NCBI RefSeq assembly: GCF_030028105.1
Contig: NC_092372.1
Location: 57,230,034-57,294,033, forward strand
DNA length: 64,000 nucleotides
Origin: Mobula birostris
Taxonomy: Eukaryota
Direction: 5' to 3'
The notes below the pieces were generated by a model. The model was not told the DNA's origin. It worked only from the letters and a program-made list of their open reading frames with translations, and searched no databases. The translations under genes were made by a program, and so were the position numbers. Below, piece after piece: positions 11,990 to 23,258 of this stretch (its first letter is position 1; every line of letters starts with the position of its first letter).

Positions 11990-14900
11990 AGCTTGGGATT
12001 CATTAGCAAGGTCACTAAAAAGGCAGGGAAGCAGAGTGGCATTATTGGAGTGGGGCAGTGTTAGAGTGGGAAGACTTTTGGCTTTGCTCAAAAGGCCAGG
12101 CAATAACAGGCATGTGCAATGTAAGTATCTGGTAAGCTTTTTCTTGCTCATTCTTCATCTGTTAGTATATAGCTAGAGCAGTAAGAGTGGTTCATACTGC
12201 ATCTCTGTGCAGTATCTCAGTTGTACAGCAGCTGATAGGAAAGCACTTCAGCGGGTCATCTCTAGTGCACAGAAGATCATTGGGACACAGCTCCCAGCCT
12301 GGAGCTCTCGCTACCTAAGGAAAACTACAAGCATCTGTAAGGACAATACACACCCATGCAATCATCTGTTTGAACTTCCATCTGGCAGACGTTAAAAGAT
12401 TTTCTATGCCCGCACTTCCAGACTGAAAAATAGCTTTTTCCCCAGAGCTATAATTGCTCTGAACCAATCGATCAAGCATCATCCATAAATTTGTTATATT
12501 GCTGCTCTAATACTGGTTTTATGGCTGTCATGCATCTGAGTTGCGCTTTTGTACTGGCTGGTTACTTGATTTATTTATAGTTTATTTATTTTATTTGTTG
12601 TTTTATAGCATTGAGTATGAGAGTTGCAGACTCATATTCGCTGTATTGGTGCATGACAACTGTAATAAATGCAATAAAGATATTTCATTTCATTTCTAGG
12701 GTTTGTGTTTTGTTCTGTGTACAGGATATGGGAATCCTGCGAGACCTCCTGCCTCCCTGACAGCCACATCTGCATCAGGAACACCAAGCTGAAGCTCCTC
12801 AGAGAACGTGTCAAAGAACTTGAGCTGCAACTTGAAGACCTTCAGACCATAAGGGAAACTGAGGAGATGATAGATAGGAGCTACAGAGAGGTAGTTACTT
12901 CTAGGTAGCCAGAGGCATGTGATTGGGTGACTGACAGGAGAGGGGAGGGAAATAGGCAGCCAATATAGAGTACCCTTGTGGCTGTTTCCCTCATTAACAG
13001 GTATAATGTTTTGGATACTGTTGGGGGAGGGTGATGACCTACCTGGGAATGCTGTAGTGACCAGGTCTCAGGCACAGAAGGGAATAGAGCAGAGGAGGAA
13101 AGCAGTGGTTATCGGAGATTCCAATGTTAGAGGAGTAGATAGGAGAGTCAGTGAACGTGATGGCAAGACCCAGATGGAACGTTGCTCCCAGATGCAAGGG
13201 TCAGAGACAACTTGGATCATGTTCATGACATTCAAAAGTGGGAAAGAGAGCAGCCAGACATATTGGTACATACTGGTGCCAATGACATAGGAAGGAAAAG
13301 AGAGGAGGTCCTAAAGAAAGAATTTAAAGAGCTATTTGAAAGCTGAAAAGCAGGACCTCCAGGGTAACCATCTCTGGATTGCTGCCTGTGCCACACACCA
13401 GTGTAGGATAATATGGCAGATGAATGTATGGCTGAAAAACTGGTGCGGGGACAGGGTTTTAGAATTCTGGATCATTAGGATTTCTTTTGGGGAAGGTATG
13501 GTCTGTAGAAAAAGGACAGGCTACACCTGAGCCCAAGAGGGACCAATATCCTTGTGGGCAGGTTTGCTAGAGCTGTTGAGGGTTTAAACCAATATGGCAG
13601 AGAGATGGGAACGAGCGTAATAGGGCTGAGGATAGGGATGTTGGTTTACAACCAGAGATAGTTTATAGTGAGACGGTCAGAAAGGACAAGCAGATGACAG
13701 GGAAAAGTTGCAGTCAGTGGGATGGGTACAGTGTACAACAGAGACAAAATTGAAAATGGTGACAAATACAGGAATGAAGGTGTTATATTTGAATGCATGC
13801 AGTATACAGAATATGGTAGATGATCTTGGAGCACATTTAGGGATTGGCAGGTATGATATTGGGGACATCACAGAGTCATGGCTGAAAGAAGATTGTAGAA
13901 GGGAGGTTAATAGCCGAAGATACACAATGTATTGAGAGGACAGGCAGGGAAGCAGAGGAGGAGGAGAAGAAGTGACTCTACTAGTAAAAAAAGGAAATAA
14001 AATCAGTAGAAAGAAATGACATAGGATTGGAAGATGTAGAGTCCTCATGGGTGGAGTTAAAAAACTGCAAGGGTAAGGCTACCCAGGTAGGAGTTACTTA
14101 CAGGCCTCCGAACAGTAGCCAGAATGTTGGCTACAAATTACATCCCGAAGAAGAGGAAGTATTCTAAAGGCAGGATGACGCGACTGTAGCTGACAAGGGA
14201 ATTCAAAACCAACATAACAGCAAAAGAGATGGCATTTAATAAAGCAAAAATTAATGGGAAGTTAGAGCATTGGGAAACTTAAAAAGCAACAGAAGACAAC
14301 TAAAACAACCATAAGGGGGGAAAAATGAACTATGAAAATAAGCTAGCCAATAATATCAAAAATAATACCAAAAGTTTCTTCTGATTTAGAAAGAGTAAAA
14401 GAGAGGACAGAGTAGATATTGGGCTGCTGGACACTGGAGAGATATCAATGGAGGACAAAGAAATAGTGGATGAACTGAATATGTATTTTGCATTGGTCTA
14501 CACAGTGGAAGACACTCATAGTGTGCCAGATATTCGAGAGTGTCAAGGTGCAGATGTGAGTGCAGTTGCTATTACTAGTAAGATGATGCTTGGAAAACTG
14601 TAAGGTCTAAAAGTAGACCAGTTGGACTAGGCCCCAGGATTCTGAAAAAGATAGCTGAAGAGATTGTGAAGATATTAGTAATGATCTTTCAAAAATCAAT
14701 AAATTCTGGCATGGTTCTGGAGAACTGGAAAACTGCAACTGCCACTCCACTCTTCAAGAAGGGAGAGAGGCAGAAGAAAGGAAATTATAGGCCTGTTAGC
14801 CTGACTTCAGTGGTTGGGAAGATGTTGGTGTCGATTATTAAGGATGTGGTTCTGGGGTACTTGGAGGTACATGACAAAATAGGCCAGAGTCAGTATGGTT

Positions 14901-15965
14901 TTCTTAGGGGCAAATCTTGCCTGACAAATTTGTTGGAATTTTTTGAAGAAATAACAGGCAGGATAGACAAAGAAGAATTGGTGAACATCGTGAACTTGGA
15001 TTTTCAGAAGGTCTTTGACAGGGTGCTGCACATGAGGCTGCTAAACAAGGTATAAGACCAGGATGTTACAGGAAAGATACTAGCATGGATAGAGATTTGG
15101 CTGATTGGCAGGAGCTAAAGAGGGGGAATAGAGGAATTTTCTGACTACAGTTTAAGAGAATAGGCAAAGAGGTAGCAGATGGAATAAAGTATCGGGAAGT
15201 GTATGGGCATGCATGTTGGTAGGCAGAATAAAAGCATAGACTATTTTTAATGGGATAAGAATTCAAAAATACAAGGTGCATAAGGATTTGGGAGTCCTTG
15301 TGCAGGATTTCCTCAAGATTAATTTGCATGTTGAATCAGTGGTGAAGAAGGCAAATGCTAAGAGGAATAGCATAGAAAAGCAAGGATGTGATGCTGAGGT
15401 TGGAAAAGGCTCTGGTGTTGCCTCACTTGGAGTATTGTGAGTAGTTTTGGGCCCTTTATTTAAGAAACTATGTGCTCACGTTAGGGAGGTTTCAGAGGCG
15501 GTTCACAAGAATGATTCTGGGAATGAAAGGGTTATCATATGAGCAGTAATTTAAAGCTCTGGGCCTGTACTCACTGGGATTTAGCAGAATGAGGGGGGAA
15601 TCGCATTGAAACCTATTGAATGTTGAATGAGCTAGATAGAGTAGACATGAAGAGGATGGGGGAGTCTGTGACAAGAGGACACACTCAAAATAGAGGTTCT
15701 TCCATTCAGAACAGAGATGAAGAAAAATTTCTTTAGCTAGAGGGTGGCGAATCTGTGAAATTCATTGCCACAGGTTGCTGTGAAGGTCAGGTCACTGGGT
15801 ACATTTAAGGCAGAGGTTGATTGGTTCTTGATTAGTCAGGGCATGAAAGGTCACGGGGAGAAAGCAGAAGATTGCGGTTGAGAGGGAAATGGATCAGCCA
15901 TGATGGAATGGCGGGGCAGACCCAATGAACCAAATAGCCTAATTCTGTTTCTGTGTCTTATGGTG
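11990..15965 (+). mobile_element. Near full-length decayed CR1 with ORF1 (Zn finger and SGNH esterase) and ORF2 (APE, RT)
   Basis: CSVYRIWE..C.PDSHICIR..L.LLRERVKELELQLEDL, VVIGDSNVRGVDRR (esterase), MKVLYLNACSIQN (APE), NYRPVSLTSVVGK..GFLRGKSCLTNL..DFQKVFD (RT); internal deletion near 14145. Confidence 0.9.
12180..12690 (+). mobile_element. Rex1/Babar 3' fragment inserted in CR1 ORF1
   Basis: SCTAADRKALQRVI.SAQKIIG..LP, HPCNHLFELPSGRR; AATAAA followed by a (CATTT) tail. Confidence 0.8.
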
Positions 15966-17310
15966 TCATGGTGTTGTGGATTGTGTAGAAGTTTGTTATA
16001 AGTTACAATGGGATATTGGCAAGATTGAATTTGGAATCAGAGTACGAGGTTAATGGCAGGAATCTTAGCAGTTTGGAGGAAAAGATGGGTCTTGGGATTC
16101 ATATATCCCTGAAAATTGCAACACAAGTTGATAGGAAGATTTAAAAAGTGTATCTTGTGTTTGCCTTCGTTAGTCAGGGGACTGTGTTCAAGATCCCTGA
16201 GGTTATATAGTAGCTCTACACACTTAGAATATTGTGTTCATTTATCGTCTCATTATAGGAAGAATGTGGAAGCTTTAGAGTGAGTGCACAAAAGATTTAC
16301 AAGAATGTTGCCTGGATTAGAGAACATGTCTCATGAGGAAAGGTTGAACGAGCTATGACTTTTCTCTTTGGAGTGGAGAAGGATGAAACGTAACTTGATA
16401 GCAGTGAGATGATGAGAGGCATAGACTGAGTGGACAGCCAGCACTGTTCTCCATGATAGCAATAGCCAATACCAGAGAATATCCTTTTAACGTGAGTGGG
16501 ATGTCAGAGGTAAGTGTTTACACAGAGAATGGTAAGACTCTGGAATGCAATGCCGGGTATGATGGTAGAGGCTGAGACAATAGAGACTTTGAAGAGACTC
16601 TTAGATAGGCACATGGAGGAAAGAAAACTGGACGCTGTGCAGGAGGTATTGGTTAGGTTAAAATACTGGCACAATATCATGGGCTAGGTGCCCATTATGG
16701 TTCCATACTGTCCAATGTTCTATAAGTGGAGGAATCTAATTCAGCTTCCATTTTGCCAAAGAGAAGAGAGCAATTGGAATTGGAATTAAAATTGCTTTAT
16801 TATTATCAATTGCTTTGTATGCATCCATGTAGATTGTTGCACAGGTGTTACAACAACTATGTAGTATAAGAGAAGATCAACTGACAATGCAGAATATATC
16901 ACTATGGTTACAGAGGAAATAAAGTGTAGTTAAGTAATAAGATTCAAGGCCATGATGAGGTAAATTGCAAGAGTCTATCATCACACAACAGGTCTGCTCT
17001 GTAGTCTTAATACAGCAGGATAGAGGGTGTCCTTGAGTCTGGTGGTGACTGGAAGCCTGCTAGCGCTGTTGAATAGCCATCATCCATAGAACATCACATA
17101 CCCTCTCGCTCTGTTTTGACCTTATAAATTTGCAGTGAAACAAAGACTCCTAACCTCAGACTAAAACAGGTTTGTGAATGCAGTTAATATGTCAAAAGTC
17201 AAGACGGTTGCCTTATTTACACTACAGGCTTCTGAAAAAGATGATGACACCTGGCAGGAAAACACAACCTAAGTTCAGTTGACTCACCTTTGAATGATGC
17301 TACCAACTGA

Positions 17311-17488
17311 GGGCGGCAAAATAGTAGTGCAGTTAGACGAATTGCTTGGCAACACCAGCAATCACCAAAGGGGGTTCAATTCCTGCCACGGTCTGTAAGG
17401 AATTTGCATGTTCCCCATGACTCTGTGGGTTTTCTTCAGGAGTTCCAGTTTCCTCCCATATTCCAAAGACATACAGCTTAGGGTTAAT
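17311..17488 (+). mobile_element. tRNA-derived V-SINE
   Basis: B-box-like ggttcaattcc followed by the V-domain (gtgggttttcttcaggagttccagtttcctcccatattccaaagac). Confidence 0.75.
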
Positions 17489-18486
17489 GTAATGAGGCCA
17501 TTATAATTCCACAATAAGGTTCGGATAGATTGAGTGATCAGCTAAAAGCCGGGCAAATTAAATGTTGGGAAGTGTGAGCCATGAACTAGTGAAATTGATT
17601 ATAAGAAGATTATTATCTAAATGGTGAGAGGTTGAAAATAAGGGTTCAAAGGGATCCAGGTGTTTTCATTCACGAATCACAAAAAAGTCACCAAGCATGT
17701 CCAACAAGCAAACAGTATAGTGGGTTTCTATTGTGAAGGGGATAAGAGCTTAAAAACAGGGGTTTGCTACCACTGTACAGAATATTAGTGAATCCACACC
17801 TGGAATACTGTACACAGGTTTAGCCTCCTTAACTAATAAAAAAGATCATCCAAAGTAGATTCATCAGGTTAATTCCTGGGCTAGAACATAAAATACAGAA
17901 CAATACAGCACAGGAACAGGCCCTTAGGCCTTCATTGTCTGTTCTAACTGTTATGTACCCCAAGGGGTCATATTTTCTATGGACTATACTTTTAAAAAGA
18001 GAGAGAGAGTTGTACAACATGAACACCTTGTTAGTAAGAGAGAGAGAGGCAAAGACTGCTTTGAGATGGTGTTATGGTTTCTCTGCAGCATGTTCACCCT
18101 TTTGCAAGGACACTGCCAGCTTCTGTGTTCTTACAGAGAGAGAAGGGAGGAGCTGCTTGATGGACAGCTGGTGTTCAGCATGGTGAGATAAATAGAAGGT
18201 CAGCTGATAGACTGACAGACACATGGTTTTGGACACTGAATGAGCTTCGTGGTGCCCAGGGGAAAGGGTGGGTTTTTGGAGGATCGATCAGGAGGATCAA
18301 TCAGCAGAATCGATCAGTGGCTCTCGCAGTGTGGAAAAGGTGTTACCGGTAGGGAGTTATTAGTATGTCCGACTCTCACATGGGTTGATAATTCCACCAC
18401 AGAAGAATGGTCCCCTTTGCTGTGGTCACATTCGGTGACTTTTAAAGGATTTCGGAGGACAACGGGAAGATCGACGGCATCGGCTC

Positions 18487-18868
18487 NNNNNNNNNNNNNN
18501 NNNNNNNNNNNNNNNNNNNNNNNNNNNNNNNNNNNNNNNNNNNNNNNNNNNNNNNNNNNNNNNNNNNNNNNNNNNNNNNNNNNNNNNNNNNNNNNNNNNN
18601 NNNNNNNNNNNNNNNNNNNNNNNNNNNNNNNNNNNNNNNNNNNNNNNNNNNNNNNNNNNNNNNNNNNNNNNNNNNNNNNNNNNNNNNNNNNNNNNNNNNN
18701 NNNNNNNNNNNNNNNNNNNNNNNNNNNNNNNNNNNNNNNNNNNNNNNNNNNNNNNNNNNNNNNNNNNNNNNNNNNNNNNNNNNNNNNNNNNNNNNNNNNN
18801 NNNNNNNNNNNNNNNNNNNNNNNNNNNNNNNNNNNNNNNNNNNNNNNNNNNNNNNNNNNNNNNNNNNN
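18487..18868. other. Assembly gap (382 N)
   Basis: Run of N bases. Confidence 1.
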
Positions 18869-18939
18869 AGGCTTGAAGAAGTTTGGTTTTCATATATTTC
18901 CACACTTTTATTTATATAATCATTGCTAACCTCTTTGAT

Positions 18940-20188
18940 ATGGTCTATGGTCAGGCCACACTTAGGTCCCCTCCAGTTTGCCTACCAGTCCCGACTAGGA
19001 GTTGAGGATGCCATCGTCTACCTGCTGAACCGTGTCTACGCCCACCTGGACAAGCCAGCGAGCACTGTGAGGGTCATGTTTTTTGACTTCTCCAGTGCAT
19101 TCAACACCATCCACCCTGCTCTGCTGGGGGAGAAGCTGACAGCGATGCAGGTGGATGCTTTCCTGGTGTCATGGATTCTTGATTACCTGACTGGCAGACC
19201 ACAGTACGTGTGCTTGCAACACTGTGTGTCTGACAGAGTGATCTGCAGCACTGGGGCTCCATAGGGGCCTGTCTTGTCTCCCTTTCTCTTCACCATTTAC
19301 ACCTCGGACTTCAACTACTGCACAGAGTCTTACCATCTTCAGAAGTTTTCTGATGACTCTGCCATAGTTGGATGCATCAGCAAGAGATGAGGCTGAGTAC
19401 AGGGCTACGGTAGGAAACTTTGTCACATGGTGTGAGCAGAATTATCTGCAGCTTAATGTGAAAAAGACTAAGGAGCTGGTGGTAGACCTGAGAAGAGCTA
19501 AGGTACCCCTGTTTCCATCCAGGGGGTCAGTGTGGACATAGTGGAAGATTACAAATACCTGGGGATATGAATTGACAATAAACTGGACTGGTCAAAGATC
19601 ACTGAGGCTGTCTACAAGAAGGGTCAGAGCCGTCTCTATTTCCCGAGGAGACTGAGGTCCTTCAGCATCTGCCAGACGATGCTGAGGATGTTCTACGAGT
19701 CTATGGTGGCCAGTGCTATCATGTTTGCTGTTGTGTGCTGAGGCAGCAGACTGAGGGTAGCAGACACCAACAGAATCAACAATCTCATTCGTAAGGCCAG
19801 TGATGTTGTGGGGATGGAACTAGACTCTCTGACGGTGGTGTCTGAAAAGAGGATGCTGTCCAAGTTGCATGCGATCTTGGACAATGTCTCCCATCCACTA
19901 CATAATGTCCTGGGTGGGCACAGGAGTACATTCAGCCAGAGACTCATTCCACCGAGATGCAACACAGAGCGTCACAGGAAGTCATTCTTGCCTGTGGCCA
20001 TCAAACTTTACAACTTCTCCCTTGGAGGGTCAGACACCCTGAGCCAATAGGCTGGTCCTGGACATTTCCTGGCGTAATTTACATATTACTATTTAATTAT
20101 TTATGGTTTTATTACTATTTAATTATTTATGGTGCAACAGTAATGAAAACCAATTTCCCCTGGGATCAATAAAGTATGACTATGACTA
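18940..20188 (+). mobile_element. Rex1 LINE, 5'-truncated
   Basis: LQFAYQSRLGVEDAI..RVMFFDFSSAFNTI, KFSDDSAI, SHPLH..SQRL.PRC.TER.RKSFLP; tail gggatcaataaagtatgactatgactat; ATAT at both junctions. Confidence 0.92.
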
Positions 20189-21105
20189 TATATCTGCATT
20201 TATATTACTGTATTGGGTAGTTACTAATAAATACCATTAGTTAATAGCAATACCAGACTCCAAAGTGTTTTTTATTTCTGCTGGTTCTTTAACCTGTCAT
20301 GGGGTACGTGATGCCAATCCAAATGGATCCATCTGGCTGTACATGGTCTATATCCCTTCATTCTCTGTCTCTTCATATGCCTGTCTAAAATGTCTTTTAA
20401 ACATTGCTGTTGTAGAGGAAAGGGTTGTCCGTTTAAGTGAGCCTGGATAATCTGGGTCTTTCAAATTTTGAAGGAAGCAGGGTGGCTTTATGCAGACACA
20501 TAAGATTCTAAAAGGGTTTCACAGATTACACATTGGCATGTTTTCACTCATAGGAAAGTCATAAATAAGAAGATGGAGTTACAAAATGTGAGATTGATGA
20601 TTTAAAACTGAAGTACCATAAAAATTTCTTCTTTCAAAAGACATTGAATCGCTGAAATTCTCTGCCCCTGAGAAGTATGGAGGTCAGATCATTTTATGTA
20701 CTTAAAGTGGAGATGATAATTACAATGGTTTCCAATTAATTGGGGCACATTAGGACCAGTACATTTTGGCCCAATTAATCAGTTGCTGCAATTAGCTGAA
20801 GTTTCATGGAAATAGTTAAAAAGGTATAAAAAAGATAAATAACTGTTTAACTGACTAAGAAAATGTAAATGAAATACAGAGCAAATTAGAACACTATCAA
20901 TACTGCTGCAGTATTATAAAACTGAGTATTAGTTCCTATTAGTTATCGATGGAAGAATTCATCCAATGTACACTGCCCTGTTCTTTTGATTGACTGTAGA
21001 TAAACAAAATTAATGCAGACACCTAGTGTTGATATGTTACTGCCTTCATACAAACCTTTCAATGATTGCATCCTTCAAATCTTCAATTTCATTGTAACAT
21101 TCAAG

Positions 21106-23014
21106 ATAGAAACATAGAAAATAGGTGCAGGAGTAGGCTATTCAGCCCTTCGAGCCTGCACTGCCATTCAGTATGATCATGGCTGATCATCCAACTCAGA
21201 ACCCTATACCTGCTTTCTCTCCATACCCCCTGATCCCTTTAGCCACAAGGGTCATATCTAACTCCCTCTTAAATATAGCCAATGAACTGGCCTCAACTGT
21301 TTCCTGTGGCAGAGAATGCCACAGATTCACCACTCTCTGTGTGAAGAAGGTTTTCCTCATCTCGGTCCTAAAAGGCTTCCCCTTTTTCCTTAAACTGTGA
21401 TCCCTCATACTGGACATCCCCAACATCAGGAACAATCTTCCTGCATCTAGCTTGTCCAATCCCTTTAGAATTTTATACGTTTCAATAACATCCCCCCTCA
21501 ATCTTCTAAATTCCAGTGAGTATAAGCCTAGTCGATCCAGTCTTTCATCATATGAAAGTACTGCCATCCCAGGAATCCATCTGGTGAACCTTCTTTGTAC
21601 TCCCTCTATGGCAAAAATGTCTTTCCTCGGATTAGGGGACCAAAACTAAACACAATACTCCAGGTGTGGTCTCACCAAGGCCTTGTACAACTGCAGTAGT
21701 ACCTCCCTGCTCCTGTACTCGAATCCTCTTGCTATGAATGCCAGCATACCATTCGCCTTTTCCACCGCCTGCTGTACCTGCATGCCCACTTTCAATGACT
21801 GGTGTATAATGACACCCAGGTCTCGTTGCACCTCCCCTTTTCCTAATCGACCACCATTCAGATAATAATCTGTTTTCCTGTTCTTGCCACCAAAGTGGAT
21901 AACCTCAGATTTATCCACATTAAATTGCATCTGCCATGAATTTGCCCACTCACCTAACCTATCCAAGTCACCTTGCATCCTCTTAGCATCCTCCTCACAG
22001 CTAACACTGCCGCCCAGCTTCGTGTCATCCGCAAACTTGGAGATGCTGCATTTAATTCCCTCGTCTAAGTCATTAATATATATTGTAAACTACTGGGGTC
22101 CCAGCACTGAGTCTTGTGGTACCCCACTAGTCACTGCCTGCCATTCTGAAAAGGTCCCATTTATTCCCACTCTTTGCTTCCTGTCTGCCAACCAATGTTC
22201 TATCCACATCAATGGGGGTCAGGGGGTATGGAGGGAAGGCTGGGGCGGTGTTCTGAGTTGGATGATCAGCCATGATCATAATAAATGGCGGTGCAGGCTC
22301 GAAGGGCCGAATGGCCTACTCCTGCACCTATTTTCTATGTTTCTATGTTTCTAATACCTTACCCCCAATACCGTGTGCTTTAAGTTTGCACACTAATCTC
22401 CTGTATGGGTCCTTTTCAAAAGCCCTTTGAAAATCCAAATATACCACATCCACTGGTTCTCCCCTATCCACTCTACGAGTTACATCCTCAAAAGATTCTC
22501 TGAAATTCGTCAGACATGATTTTTCCTTTCACAAATCCATGCTGACTTTGTCCGATGATTACACCGCTTTCCAAATGTGCTGTTATCACATCTTTGATAA
22601 CTGACTCTAGCATTTTCCCCACCACCGATGTCAGGCTAACCGGTCTATAATTCCCCAGTTTCTCTCTCCCTCCTTTTTTAAAAAGCGGGGTTACATTAGC
22701 CACCCTCCAATCCTCAGGAACTAATCTAGAATCTAAAGAGTTCTGAAAAATTATCACTAATGCATCCACTATTTCTTGGGCTACCTCCTTAAGCACTCTG
22801 ATGGATGCAGACCATCTGGCCCTGGGGATTTATCTGCCTTTAATCCCTTCAATTTACCTAACACCACTTGCCTACTAACATGTATTTCCCTCAGTTCCTC
22901 CATCTCACTAGACCCTTGGTCCCCTACTATTTCCGGAAGATTATTTATGTCCCCCTTAGTGAAGACAGAACCAAAGTAGTTATTTAATTGGTCTGCCATG
23001 TCCTTGTTCCCCAT
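21106..23014 (-). mobile_element. Young CR1, 5'-truncated
   Basis: ORFs 22488-22796, 21646-21978 and 21196-21567 encode RT and the C-terminus; (CTATGTTT) tail at 21106. Confidence 0.95.
22214..22352 (+). mobile_element. 139-bp CR1 3' end inserted antisense into a same-family CR1
   Basis: Matches the tail at 25535-25665; AAT duplicated at both junctions. Confidence 0.85.
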
Positions 23015-23258
23015 GATTATCGATACCTTTAAATTCTTTGTAGTCCCTAATTTGCTGAGGTAGTAAAATAGCTTCATTTTCACTCCTGACCATTTCAGGC
23101 ATCTCCAAGCCTGAATGCTGAAACTGCAGTGAGCAAAACAGTTCTGTATTGTCTTACTGCTTATTTCTCGCCAACTATCAGTGACAAAAGCAGCTGTTTT
23201 TTGAACACAAACACACACAATTGATGCTATTTAAAATCTGGTCGCTCTAAGCACGGTG

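Larger units (their letters stand above)
10770..16720 (+). mobile_element. Older CR1 ORF2, split into 10770-11890 and 15970-16720 by a nested CR1
   Basis: RT text breaks after the FADD motif (tttgcagatgat, ~11870) and resumes at ggtgttgtggattgtgtagaag (~15970), continuing to a 3' tail. Confidence 0.8.
17949..20313 (+). mobile_element. Solo LTR (Gypsy-like), spanning the gap and interrupted by Rex1
   Basis: Terminal inverted ends tgttatgtacccc / ggggtacgtga; AATAAA near 20226; no coding content. Confidence 0.6.

Noticed and set aside
17311-17390. tRNA gene
   Set aside because: Only the degenerate tRNA-derived head of a V-SINE; no cloverleaf.
18240-18929. ORFs of 153-229 aa
   Set aside because: They are open only because they cross the N gap.
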